Origin: a virus
Reading direction: 5' to 3' (one strand)
IMG/VR virus record: IMGVR_UViG_3300021960_000046
Location: 22,740-86,739 of that record
DNA: 64,000 nt
Positions 17,376 through 26,952 of the stretch are shown here, one piece after another (the stretch's first letter is position 1; each line of letters starts with the position of its first letter). Position numbers and translations under genes: made by a program. Under the pieces are notes generated by a model. The model saw only the letters and a list, made by a program, of their open reading frames with translations. It searched no databases and had not been told where the DNA came from.

Positions 17376-18679
17376 TATCTTCCTACTTGCGACAGATACT
17401 TAGATTTACATTCTTCCCAACTCATATAGATAATATCATCATAGAAATGGCTTTCGGTTGAAACTCTATCTTGTTTCTTTAAAGACGCCAATCTCTTCTT
17501 AGCGTATTTGTTTTTCCATATCTCTGTTAATGCTTCTACTGAATTGTCAAACTTTCTAACTAACTTGTCTTCTTTAATTTCTTCTCTTAAAAATTCGTTT
17601 GTGTTATTAAATAATTCACCAAAGTAAATACCTCTAGCGTGTTCTGATTTAATTAACTTTTTATCAATACCTAATTTGTTATAGGTAAATGTTAAACTTC
17701 TATTTCTATGGTCTCTTTTATGAGGTTGACCACTATCTTTCTTTGCAACATACCATTCAAAGAATTTATATGTGTGGTTTTTCATCAACCATTGTTGAAT
17801 AAGTTTCTGTGTTGGTTTTTCTGGTTCAAATGAAACTGAACCTGCTGTCCAACCCATTTTCTTCCAACCAAATAATCTATCGTATTGTGATAATGGTATT
17901 TCTTTTGTCTTACCATATAGTGATGTTGTTGTAACACCCACAAGTTTATCTTTGTATTGTGCTTCCCAAGTTTTCTCTACCGTATCTGATAAACATAATA
18001 GAGCAAGTAGTTTACCACCTACTAGATTATAACCTAATGGTTGAATAGGTACAATCGTACTACCAATACAAGTATGATTAATCATTCGTTGAGTTTTAGC
18101 TTCTCGTTCCCAACCAATGTGTTTATCTCTTGGTGTTAAATCTAAGAAGTCTGAGGACATACAAGTTACACCAAGAAATTTGCCTGTCTTCTTATCTCTA
18201 ATTAAAAAGTTTAGATTTCTACCAATGTTACTATTGTTTTTCATTGTAGAAAGGAAAGTTCTTAGACCATTCCAAACGGCAGGACCTTGTGCGTTAGTAG
18301 CCTTAGATAATGTTTCGTTAGTGTCTGTGTAAACTAACTCAGGTTCTAAATCAATATATTCTTCGGGGTCTTCTGGCAACCAGAAGTTATTTTTAATCTC
18401 TTGTAGTAATTGACCTTGTGCTGGGTCTTTTAATGTTTTGCCTGTATCATCAAAAAAACTATTAGTTTCAACCGTAGGATATTTGTGTTGTACTTCACAC
18501 CATTTCTGATACAAAGTATATTCTTTTACATCCATAGCAGAAACAAAGGTCAAGTCTTTAATAACTTGCGCCTTTAATTTTTCTGTATCTACATCTGGCA
18601 CTTTGTCTAATGGATTGTTATCTGACCAACTTTGCCATTGGTCGTCAATCGACATGCCTTTTTTCCACGAATAACTCAT
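17375..18679 (-). CDS. DUF4338 (DruA-like), putative Mom-like GNAT-fold protein, copy 2
   Basis: GRNL.FLIRD..TGKFLG, PRD..IGW, VPIQPLGYN..GGKLLA, TTTSLYG...SQY.RL..WK..G.T.G. Confidence 0.7.
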   Translation of the reverse strand: MSYSWKKGMSIDDQWQSWSDNNPLDKVPDVDTEKLKAQVIKDLTFVSAMDVKEYTLYQKWCEVQHKYPTVETNSFFDDTGKTLKDPAQGQLLQEIKNNFWLPEDPEEYIDLEPELVYTDTNETLSKATNAQGPAVWNGLRTFLSTMKNNSNIGRNLNFLIRDKKTGKFLGVTCMSSDFLDLTPRDKHIGWEREAKTQRMINHTCIGSTIVPIQPLGYNLVGGKLLALLCLSDTVEKTWEAQYKDKLVGVTTTSLYGKTKEIPLSQYDRLFGWKKMGWTAGSVSFEPEKPTQKLIQQWLMKNHTYKFFEWYVAKKDSGQPHKRDHRNRSLTFTYNKLGIDKKLIKSEHARGIYFGELFNNTNEFLREEIKEDKLVRKFDNSVEALTEIWKNKYAKKRLASLKKQDRVSTESHFYDDIIYMSWEECKSKYLSQVGR

Positions 18680-18686
18680 AATGTAT

Positions 18687-18715
18687 ATCCTAAACTAAAA
18701 TTCTTAAAATGTCAA
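18687..18715 (-). promoter_or_regulatory. sigma70-type early promoter giving a near-leaderless mRNA for DUF4338 copy 2
   Basis: TTGACA-N17-TAGGAT; 7 nt separate the -10 box from the ATG. Confidence 0.7.
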
Positions 18716-18718
18716 GTC

Positions 18719-19297
18719 TCAAACGAAATTGCAATTAATTATAATACGGTTCTTATGTTTTGTTGGTGATTGGCCTGTATGCATATTGAGGCCATTGAAT
18801 ATGAATAGTCTGTTTGCCTTAGGAGATACTCTTTTTATCTCTGTAAAATCTTCTGGTTTATATGTGTACATAGGGTCTTCTTCATATTTCTTATCATATA
18901 ATTCATCATAAACAATAGTATCACCATCACTATCATTTACATAATAGATTACTGACCAATGGTTTTTATTAGGCATATCAACATGTGGTTCGTGTGTCTT
19001 TTCTTTGTGGCTGTACATAGTCATATCAGCTCTTGCTCTTATGACTTCTTTTGCACCTATTGTGTCTATACAATCATAGAAGAATGGTGTAAAGAATTTA
19101 CCATATGGAGAATTGTTATCTAACATATGAAAAAAACCATAACTAGTTAGTTCATCTGTTTTTATCATCTCACTAGGCAAAGATATATTACTCTTATAGA
19201 ACCATGGAAACATATCACCTTCGAGTATTCTCTTTATCTCGTTATGATATGTTGGTTTTAAAAAGTTATCTATGACTTTAATATAATTCTTTTCCAT
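18719..19297 (-). CDS. 2OG-Fe(II) oxygenase (HxD)
   Basis: FPWF, HVD, YYVNDSDGDT, H...P....R..IN.N. Confidence 0.82.
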   Translation of the reverse strand: MEKNYIKVIDNFLKPTYHNEIKRILEGDMFPWFYKSNISLPSEMIKTDELTSYGFFHMLDNNSPYGKFFTPFFYDCIDTIGAKEVIRARADMTMYSHKEKTHEPHVDMPNKNHWSVIYYVNDSDGDTIVYDELYDKKYEEDPMYTYKPEDFTEIKRVSPKANRLFIFNGLNMHTGQSPTKHKNRIIINCNFV

Positions 19298-19455
19298 TGT
19301 TTAAATCTTTCAGTATTCTTGGTACCCACATATTGTTCACCTGTTTCCATATCAACTATTTTCCATTTCTCAGGTACTCTTGTAAAGATTTCTAAACTCA
19401 TAGGTCTGTTTAGTACATCTACCTCTTTACCATCTTTAAGCTTGCGTTTTGCCAT
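19270..19455 (-). CDS. small conserved hypothetical protein
   Basis: T..PEKWK.VD.ETG..Y.G motif; overlaps both neighbours. Confidence 0.6.
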   Translation of the reverse strand: MAKRKLKDGKEVDVLNRPMSLEIFTRVPEKWKIVDMETGEQYVGTKNTERFKQWKRIILKS

Positions 19456-19996
19456 ATTTCTTTGCCAGTTCTATCTGTTTCATGGCCTTCTTTCTAGCCA
19501 GGTCTAATTTTAACTTTGACATTCCCTCAGTAAACACTCTACCAATCGTATGGTCATATTCATGTTGGAATATTCTACTCATCATACCATCTAAATGGCC
19601 TTCTTTTAAATCACCATTTTCATCTTCGTATTTTACCACTACTTTTCTTGGTCTTTTAATTGATAAGAATAAGAATGGAAAAGTTAGACAACCTTCTTTA
19701 AACATTACCTGTTCCTCACTTGAAGAAATAATCATAGGATTAAAACAAGTTAATTCTAATCCTCTTTCTATCTGTGGGTGTCCACCTAAAACAAACATAT
19801 TGAAAGGCAATCCAACTTGATTGCATGTTAGACCAATGCCACCATATTTTTTCATAGTTGCAAACATAGCCTCTTTTAATTCGTGTCTATCTTTAAATCC
19901 ATGTTCTGATAACATATCATCTTTAAATGGTGCAATAGCACTCAAAACTCTGGGGTCTGTAGGCGGTATTAACTTTAGTTCTTTTACTTCACTCAT
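19436..19996 (-). CDS. def: peptide deformylase
   Basis: GIGL..NQVG, EGCLT, QHEYDH. Confidence 0.95.
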   Translation of the reverse strand: MSEVKELKLIPPTDPRVLSAIAPFKDDMLSEHGFKDRHELKEAMFATMKKYGGIGLTCNQVGLPFNMFVLGGHPQIERGLELTCFNPMIISSSEEQVMFKEGCLTFPFLFLSIKRPRKVVVKYEDENGDLKEGHLDGMMSRIFQHEYDHTIGRVFTEGMSKLKLDLARKKAMKQIELAKKYGKTQA

Positions 19997-20559
19997 GTAA
20001 TTATCCTTCTGTAATTGTAAGCAATGCTAATTCTTGGTTCATCTGAGTTGTGCATTGTTACTGCATGTTTTAAATGACTTCTAAAAATAATCAATTTACA
20101 ATCCTCTGATTTATAAGAAACTTGTGTTGGTCCGTCTGCATAAATCATATCAGTATGTGGATTATCAAATGACACCTTTGTATTCTCATCACCTGCCTTT
20201 AATATGAATATTGCTGATACCATATTCATTGCATGGTGGTGGTACTCTTGGTAGTCACCTCTCTTGTATATATTAAACCAAGATTGTTCTTTTGATAAAT
20301 CACCAAACAAAAATTGTAATTCATTTGTATAGTCTTTTACTCTTTCATCAACCCATTTATTAAGTTCTTTAAAGTCATTATCGGTGTTTAAATCATATTT
20401 GTTAATTGTATTATATACATCTGATTGCCAAAACTCACCACCCTTTTCAATCTTACTTTGTATTTCAAAACATTTGTCTTGTAATTTTTTTATATAACTT
20501 TTATCACCATCATAAAAAGTATATGCGATTGTCTGAGGAAACCACTTCTCTATAATCAT
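19993..20559 (-). CDS. 2OG-Fe(II) oxygenase (HxH)
   Basis: WFN.Y..GDYQEYHHH, IFRS.L.H.V, RISIAYN. Confidence 0.85.
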   Translation of the reverse strand: MIIEKWFPQTIAYTFYDGDKSYIKKLQDKCFEIQSKIEKGGEFWQSDVYNTINKYDLNTDNDFKELNKWVDERVKDYTNELQFLFGDLSKEQSWFNIYKRGDYQEYHHHAMNMVSAIFILKAGDENTKVSFDNPHTDMIYADGPTQVSYKSEDCKLIIFRSHLKHAVTMHNSDEPRISIAYNYRRIIT

Positions 20560-22271
20560 GCTGGTTGTAACCTCGTAAAGTTTTTATATTTCTCATACTT
20601 AATAATATTAGAAAATTTATCAAAAAGAATATCACCTTTATGTGATATAATAAAGATATTTTCTTTTTCTAATGCTTTAATAATTTTAAAGAAATCATCT
20701 GTGCCTTGGCCATCTAAACTACTATCAAAGATTTCATCTAGTATTAATAGATTAGTATTGGTACTATTTTTCATACGAGCAATGTCTCGCCATGTAAATA
20801 ACAAAGCAAGGTCAATTCTCATCTTTTCACCTTCACTAAAATTATTATAGTTAAAGGTATCTCTAAATCTACTTTTTACCGTTTCATTAAACTCTTCATC
20901 TAAATGGAAAGATACAAAGAAATCCATTTGTTGTAAATACTTGTTGATTAAAGTATTCATAATAGGTACATACTTACGAATAATCTGCGCCTTAGCACCT
21001 TTGTCATTTAAGATTTCTCTTAATACATCTACATATGATTTTTCTTCTTGTACATCTGTTAAATGACTTTCTGCCAGACCTAATTCAGCCGACATATCTT
21101 CTAATGATTTTTTAATACTTTCAATGTCAACACTTCTATTAGAAGATTGTCTTAACTCTTCATGTATCTGGTCACTATAGTTTTTTAAACTATCAAGTGA
21201 AGTATTAATCTTTGCAACCTCTACACTCATCTCATTTATCTTAGATGATATTTTTGAGAATTCGGTTACTCGTTCTTCCTGTTTAGTAATCTCTTTTACC
21301 AAGTCTAACATGCCTATTTCTAACTTGTCAATGATTTTTGTTTCTGAGTTACACTTGTCACCTTTAAAATGTTCGTCTATTGGTTGTGTACAAGTAGGAC
21401 AATTATCATTATCTAAAAAGAATTGTAATGTCTTCTTATGTGAATTAAGATTAGTCTCAATCTTTGTTTCAATCTTTTGTAGTTCTCTTAATTTGGTATT
21501 AGTCTTTTCTTGTCCTTCTAGCTTGGATTTTGTTACGGCAATCTCTTCATTCAATTCTTGTAATTTTGTTTCAAATTCTATGGTTTTTTTGTTATATTCT
21601 TCTAGCTTATTTTGTTTAGCCGTCTGGATGTCATTTCCTTGCGCTTGGATGGTAGTTAGATACTTGGACTCTGTTTCGTACTTGGTCTTTATTAACTCCG
21701 CCTTATGACGCACCTCCGTCAATGTTTTTGTGAGGTCACTCTGTTGTGAACGCAAAATTAGGTCCATTAGGCCAAAAACTCTGATATCAAGTATCTCTTC
21801 AACAACTTCTCTTCGATATCGTGGTTTCATCTTCATAAACGGTTCGTATGATGAAGAACCTAGTATGACCACCTGAATGAATGAACGATAGTTCAACTTC
21901 ATAATATTCTGTTCTAAGTATTTTTGATAGTCTATGTTATTTGCGTCTTGGTTTAGTTGTTCACCATTACAAATAATGTCAAAGATATTTGGTTTAATGC
22001 CTCGTTTGACGGTATAGTTCTTTGTGCCTACTTGAAAGTCTACCTCAACCAATGCGTCTTGATTGTTGATAGTGTTTACCATCTGTTCTTTCTTAATGAT
22101 ACGAAATGGTTTATTGAATAATACAAAACATAAGGCGTCTAATAGTGTGGACTTACCACTACCATTAGTACCAACAATCAATGTTGTAGGTGACTTATCT
22201 AAATCTATCTCAATAGGAATATTACCACTAGATAGAAAGTTTTGATATCTAATTTTTTTGAATATTATCAT
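20556..22271 (-). CDS. gp46: recombination endonuclease ATPase subunit (gp46, Rad50-like)
   Basis: GTNGSGKS, CPTC zinc hook, FSEGEKMR, LILDEIFD. Confidence 0.97.
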   Translation of the reverse strand: MIIFKKIRYQNFLSSGNIPIEIDLDKSPTTLIVGTNGSGKSTLLDALCFVLFNKPFRIIKKEQMVNTINNQDALVEVDFQVGTKNYTVKRGIKPNIFDIICNGEQLNQDANNIDYQKYLEQNIMKLNYRSFIQVVILGSSSYEPFMKMKPRYRREVVEEILDIRVFGLMDLILRSQQSDLTKTLTEVRHKAELIKTKYETESKYLTTIQAQGNDIQTAKQNKLEEYNKKTIEFETKLQELNEEIAVTKSKLEGQEKTNTKLRELQKIETKIETNLNSHKKTLQFFLDNDNCPTCTQPIDEHFKGDKCNSETKIIDKLEIGMLDLVKEITKQEERVTEFSKISSKINEMSVEVAKINTSLDSLKNYSDQIHEELRQSSNRSVDIESIKKSLEDMSAELGLAESHLTDVQEEKSYVDVLREILNDKGAKAQIIRKYVPIMNTLINKYLQQMDFFVSFHLDEEFNETVKSRFRDTFNYNNFSEGEKMRIDLALLFTWRDIARMKNSTNTNLLILDEIFDSSLDGQGTDDFFKIIKALEKENIFIISHKGDILFDKFSNIIKYEKYKNFTRLQPA

Positions 22272-22863
22272 TTATCATTCTCAAATTGCCTGATACGGTT
22301 ACTCTTTCTATATCAGATTTAAAAGGCATTACAAAATGTCTCAATTTTGCTGGAAATATAAACATATCTCCTGTTGCCGGAAAGTGTGCATGACTTGAAA
22401 CTACCCAATCGGAATCTTCACCATAAATAAAACTAATAGAACCAGGATCTGGACTATCTCCTTCATGTGCGTCTGCTTCTTTCTTCAATTCATCTGGCAC
22501 TTCTACAAATATAACAAAAGATAAGTCAGCACCATGTATATGTGCAGGATTAAAGTCACCACTTCTCATGTAATTAATCCATAGACCAACAGGTTCAAAT
22601 TGTTTAATCGACCTCTGTTTAAAATGTGCGTCAAACAAATTTGAATATGCGTCAAACTCTTGTTTAAAGTTATCATAAAACCATAAGGACGATTGTTCAT
22701 CAAAATAAAATTGTGACTTTAAATGACCTGCAAGTTTATGATTAAAACTTTGTTTGTTATTTCTAGCTATTGTACCATATTCTTTTAATTTGTCAAGTCT
22801 GGTTTGGTCTACTTTTGTTTGCATTAAAACAGGACCAAAGTAACTAGTTCTAACTGGTATCAT
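22249..22863 (-). CDS. 2OG-Fe(II) oxygenase (HxH)
   Basis: WINY...GDFNPAHIH, FIFPA.L.H.V.PF, R.TVSGN. Confidence 0.85.
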   Translation of the reverse strand: MIPVRTSYFGPVLMQTKVDQTRLDKLKEYGTIARNNKQSFNHKLAGHLKSQFYFDEQSSLWFYDNFKQEFDAYSNLFDAHFKQRSIKQFEPVGLWINYMRSGDFNPAHIHGADLSFVIFVEVPDELKKEADAHEGDSPDPGSISFIYGEDSDWVVSSHAHFPATGDMFIFPAKLRHFVMPFKSDIERVTVSGNLRMINDNIQKN

Positions 22864-23906
22864 TCACTTGCCTCTACATACAACTCTTTTGCAAATTGTT
22901 TTAGTTTTTGTTTATCTACATCTGTTTCTACTTGGTCAATATAATTATTTAAAAATGTTAATGTATCTTCACCTTGTTCTAAAATATCACCTCTGATACT
23001 AGCATTTAAATCTGTAGGGTCTTCAATGATTTGTAGTTCGTGTACATTGATTGCGTTATACATCTTCTCAACAAATCTATTGTACATATCATCATCTGTT
23101 TTTTGTGAGATGAATAGTTTGACATGTGTATTATCATATTCTGATAAATCAAATTGGTTATAATCTGTCTTCTTATCATCATAAACAATCTTTTTAAACA
23201 TTCTAAGTGGATTGGCCACTCGTTCTATTTCTCTTGTTTCTGTATCAAAGATATGAAAACCTTTAGGACATTTGTAGTCTGACCATGTCATTTCATATTG
23301 CGTACCTAGGTAGTGAATACGGCCGTCATCTGACTTTTTATGAAAGTGGCCAGATAATACTTTTTCAAACTTAATAAATTGTTCTTTCTCTAAACCATGT
23401 TCATTGATATGGCCTTTATGCATTTCGAAACCTTTAATCTCTAAATGCCCCATACAAATAGGCGATTGTGATTGGTCAATAGTATGAATACTATCATCTA
23501 AATTATCATCACAAATCCAAGGAAGAAATAAGATATCAAGTCCATCAAATGCGACTTCGGTTGCCTTAGTATAAATGGTGCAATTTTTGTTTAAGTTTAA
23601 ATTCTGTAATGCGTTTACTTCATTTGTATTCTTATAATATGTGTCGTGGTTGCCAATGATAACATGAGTGTCAATGTTTAGTTCTTCTAGCCTGTTCCAG
23701 AATACTTGTTTGAAATTGTGTGCTGTTTTGTGGTTGATAAACTTTCTTCTATCAACTACATCACCTAAGTGAATAAGTGTGGTGATATTGTTTTCTATTA
23801 GATATGGAAAAAACAAGTCATTATAAAACTTGTTCTGATATTCCATAAAAGCAGGACTATCGTTTCGCACCCCAAAATGGGTATCATTAAGTAAGGCTAT
23901 CTTCAA
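22860..23906 (-). CDS. gp47: recombination endonuclease nuclease subunit (gp47, Mre11-like)
   Basis: DTHFG, HLGD, GNHD, SGHFH. Confidence 0.96.
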   Translation of the reverse strand: MKIALLNDTHFGVRNDSPAFMEYQNKFYNDLFFPYLIENNITTLIHLGDVVDRRKFINHKTAHNFKQVFWNRLEELNIDTHVIIGNHDTYYKNTNEVNALQNLNLNKNCTIYTKATEVAFDGLDILFLPWICDDNLDDSIHTIDQSQSPICMGHLEIKGFEMHKGHINEHGLEKEQFIKFEKVLSGHFHKKSDDGRIHYLGTQYEMTWSDYKCPKGFHIFDTETREIERVANPLRMFKKIVYDDKKTDYNQFDLSEYDNTHVKLFISQKTDDDMYNRFVEKMYNAINVHELQIIEDPTDLNASIRGDILEQGEDTLTFLNNYIDQVETDVDKQKLKQFAKELYVEASE

Positions 23907-23917
23907 AGTTCACTCCG

Positions 23918-24415
23918 TTAATAATAATTTATATTGATGTTCATTCTACTGGCAGTATTTGTACATGTGGTACTTGAATGTGGCCTACTGCTATCGAATA
24001 GTAACAATCTATTCTTTACACTTTTTATTTTTGTACCGTCTTCTAATAAGGTATAACCATCATTTGAATTTATATAAAACAAAGCACCCTTATGTGGGAA
24101 GTCAAAATCAGTATGCATTCCGTGTTCAATAATTTCAGGTGTTGCTTGATATAAATTACATTTAATTCTAATAATTGCTTGTGCTTTAATTCTTCTTAGA
24201 ATAGGTTGTGTCAAACTGAAGTATTGACTACTTGGTTGATACGCCTGATACATCAAATGTGCCATATAAAAATGTGGTATATTTGACTTTACTTCTTTGA
24301 AAGGCAAAGCAACTTGTTCACCATAGAACCATGGAAAGTAACTACTTGTTAATTGACTTTCAATATGTTCAAAGTCTGCCTCTGTCAAGGCATTATCTAT
24401 TATTTCATATTGCAT
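23918..24415 (-). CDS. 2OG-Fe(II) oxygenase (HxD)
   Basis: FPWF, HTD, YINSNDGYT, H...TCT....R.NININY. Confidence 0.82.
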   Translation of the reverse strand: MQYEIIDNALTEADFEHIESQLTSSYFPWFYGEQVALPFKEVKSNIPHFYMAHLMYQAYQPSSQYFSLTQPILRRIKAQAIIRIKCNLYQATPEIIEHGMHTDFDFPHKGALFYINSNDGYTLLEDGTKIKSVKNRLLLFDSSRPHSSTTCTNTASRMNININYY

Positions 24416-24916
24416 TTATTTTTTTTTCTTTTTCTTTACGACAATATCTGCATTGTCTGTAGGTAAATTCTTTTGTAAGAATTCGGTGAATTGATTTTTA
24501 AATTCCCTATCTTCACCTGGTTGTAAGGTCATATCATCATAGTTGGCCTCAGCAATCATTCTCTGTTTAATAGTCATCTGTTTCTTTTCTTTTTGTATTC
24601 TACGAACAAATGCATAGTAAATGATTTGTGTAAAATAAGCAAAAGGATTTTGACTTGTTTCAGGATTGAAGTTATCTAAGTATTGTAGGCAGTTTTCTAT
24701 ACCATCAGAAATCATATCGTCTCTAAAAGTATAGTTGATGAAATTTGGTTTGTAAGAAAGGTGATTGGCAATCTTTAAGAAACACTCACCAATATAATCT
24801 GTGACTGGTGGTTTCTCTTTACCAACTGATTTCGCCTCTAGTACGGTCTTTCTGTATTCGGTCATAGCCGCCAGAAATTCCTTGTTATTTACATAATGTT
24901 CTTTTTTTGCACTCAT
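24416..24916 (-). CDS. gp55: late-transcription sigma factor (gp55)
   Basis: HYVNNKEF, KIA..LS.KPNF.NY, MISDGIENC, NPFAYFTQI.YYAF.RRI. Confidence 0.96.
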   Translation of the reverse strand: MSAKKEHYVNNKEFLAAMTEYRKTVLEAKSVGKEKPPVTDYIGECFLKIANHLSYKPNFINYTFRDDMISDGIENCLQYLDNFNPETSQNPFAYFTQIIYYAFVRRIQKEKKQMTIKQRMIAEANYDDMTLQPGEDREFKNQFTEFLQKNLPTDNADIVVKKKKKK

Positions 24917-24925
24917 AATATCCTC

Positions 24926-24954
24926 ACTATACATTATTATTCATTTATTGTCAA
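24926..24954 (-). promoter_or_regulatory. sigma70-type promoter for gp55
   Basis: TTGACA-N17-TATAGT. Confidence 0.7.
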
Positions 24955-24979
24955 TGCTAGGTTGTATATCGTCCTAGGC

Positions 24980-25007
24980 TTGACATGCTTGCCTTAATCT
25001 GTATAAT
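24980..25007 (+). promoter_or_regulatory. consensus sigma70 promoter on the antisense (+) strand
   Basis: TTGACA-N16-TATAAT, back-to-back with the gp55 promoter. Confidence 0.55.
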
Positions 25008-25040
25008 AGCGGTGTCCGCTTTGATTAAGACATAGCTCCA

Positions 25041-25478
25041 TTAGTGTAGAGTTGTCTTGTCATTAAACTCATCAAATATTTCATTCAACTCATTATTGTC
25101 CTCTTCGTCCAACTGCGAGCCCTTTTCGTCTACCTTATTTGGCAACGGCGAAACTGGCAACCTGTCGTATGCATGAGAAAGGTTTACATAACTCTTACTC
25201 ATCTCAACACTTGCATTTGTAATAGTCATAATCTTATCTTTAGGAATAGTAATTATTTTATCTGGTGTATAGGCTGTCCACTTTGTTAAAGCAATATAGT
25301 CTCTGAATCCAGCCTCAGTAAATTGTGGAATGTATTTTATTAATAAAGGTCTTTCTAATCTTAAAAGAGGACCATTATCTGGTAATTGTTTTTCGCCAGT
25401 TAATATTCTACAAATAACATCTTCACCATTAACTAACTTTATTATTTTTATTTCTTCGTTATTTTGGTGCATTTGCAT
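25041..25478 (-). CDS. conserved T4-like phage hypothetical protein (Sm-like fold likely)
   Basis: IKIIKLVNGEDVIC N-terminus; usual position between uvsW and gp55. Confidence 0.7.
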   Translation of the reverse strand: MQMHQNNEEIKIIKLVNGEDVICRILTGEKQLPDNGPLLRLERPLLIKYIPQFTEAGFRDYIALTKWTAYTPDKIITIPKDKIMTITNASVEMSKSYVNLSHAYDRLPVSPLPNKVDEKGSQLDEEDNNELNEIFDEFNDKTTLH

Positions 25479-26952
25479 TTAACTCCACATTATGGATTTC
25501 ATAATCAAAATCTTCTTCATTGTATATATTTATCCTTTCCCTAAAATGGGCTAGAGTGTAGTTCTCTTTCTCATTATAAGTTAAATCGTCCGATATGTCA
25601 TATAAGGTTGCATGACTATTGTTATCTTTTAACCTAAGTCCACGGCCAATAGATTGTAAATTTCTAATCCTGGACTTTGAAGGTGAAGCAAACACAATAT
25701 TATGAAGATTGCGAATATTAATACCAGTTGAGAATGTTCCATAAGAAGCAACAATAATTGCATTATCCGACTTCTCTGTGATTTCTCTGATTTTTTCTCT
25801 TTCATCTGCGTCAACGCCTCCGTAAACATAGAATACTTTTTTATCTTCTGCTTTGTCTCTTATACTTTCATATAAATCTTTGCCATGTTTTTCTACATAC
25901 TGAAATAATACTAATGAGTTGCCTTGTAAACCAGCGGCCAAGTTTCTAATAAACTTGTTTCTTTTATCTGATTGTACAATGTAATCCATTTCTTCTTGGT
26001 AGTTCATACCATGACAATGTTTTCTTTCATCTTTACCGTGTTTTAAAACTAAACATAATATTTTTAATGCGGCCAGTTTTCCTTTTAATTGTAGTTCTGT
26101 CGTAGATACTACCTTGTTAACCGTACCGAATAGTCCTTCTAAGACTAATTTATGAGTTTTAGTTCCGTCTAATGTACCTGTAAGACCAATTCTATGTGAA
26201 CAATTTTCTAACTTAGTTAATATTTTTGTTAGTGATACTGCTTTGAACAAGTGTGCCTCATCACCTACAATACAACCAAATTGTTTAAACCATTTTTTAG
26301 GTTGATTATATATTGATTGCCATGTAGATATAATAACAGACTTATTAGTATCTTTGTCGTGTCCTTGATATATCTTGTGTACATTTCTTTCAGACGACCA
26401 ACCATAGTCTTTAAAGTCTTTAAATAATTGTTCAACCAATGATGTAGTTGGTACAATAATTAAAATCTTATTGTTTTTATTTTCTTTTATTTTAAGTAAG
26501 AAGAACCTAATAAGAAGATAAACAATAAGAGATTTTCCACTAGCGGTGGGTGAAAGTAATAAACACCTATTTTTCTTAATACCATGTACAAATGCCTCTC
26601 TTTGATAATCTCTGACTTCAAAAGGTATCTTTAATGCTTTAATAAAACCATCAATTGCCTTTTCGTCAATCTTAGTGTCTTTAATCTTTGTGCCATCTAC
26701 CACATGAACATCATTCTTTTGACACCAATCTAATATATATGGATATAGACCAACATAAATCTGGCCTGTCGCATATGAATATAATCTAATTTTGCCGTCC
26801 CATACTCTACTACGGTATTGTGGCATAAATTTAAAACCAGGTACTTCAAATGTAAAGTATTCTCCTAGTTCTCTACGAATACTATCGTCTGCTTCTATTT
26901 TTAAATAGACATCATCTTTCTTGTCTATAATCAAATATCTTTGTGAATTCAT
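25459..26952 (-). CDS. uvsW: UvsW SF2 helicase
   Basis: SPTASGKS, GDEAH, GLTGT, QSIGRGLR. Confidence 0.96.
   Translation of the reverse strand: MNSQRYLIIDKKDDVYLKIEADDSIRRELGEYFTFEVPGFKFMPQYRSRVWDGKIRLYSYATGQIYVGLYPYILDWCQKNDVHVVDGTKIKDTKIDEKAIDGFIKALKIPFEVRDYQREAFVHGIKKNRCLLLSPTASGKSLIVYLLIRFFLLKIKENKNNKILIIVPTTSLVEQLFKDFKDYGWSSERNVHKIYQGHDKDTNKSVIISTWQSIYNQPKKWFKQFGCIVGDEAHLFKAVSLTKILTKLENCSHRIGLTGTLDGTKTHKLVLEGLFGTVNKVVSTTELQLKGKLAALKILCLVLKHGKDERKHCHGMNYQEEMDYIVQSDKRNKFIRNLAAGLQGNSLVLFQYVEKHGKDLYESIRDKAEDKKVFYVYGGVDADEREKIREITEKSDNAIIVASYGTFSTGINIRNLHNIVFASPSKSRIRNLQSIGRGLRLKDNNSHATLYDISDDLTYNEKENYTLAHFRERINIYNEEDFDYEIHNVELNANAPK

Noticed and set aside
784-18679. Druantia anti-phage system
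   Set aside because: Only DUF4338-like genes are present; no DruE helicase or other dru genes, and the context is a phage replication module
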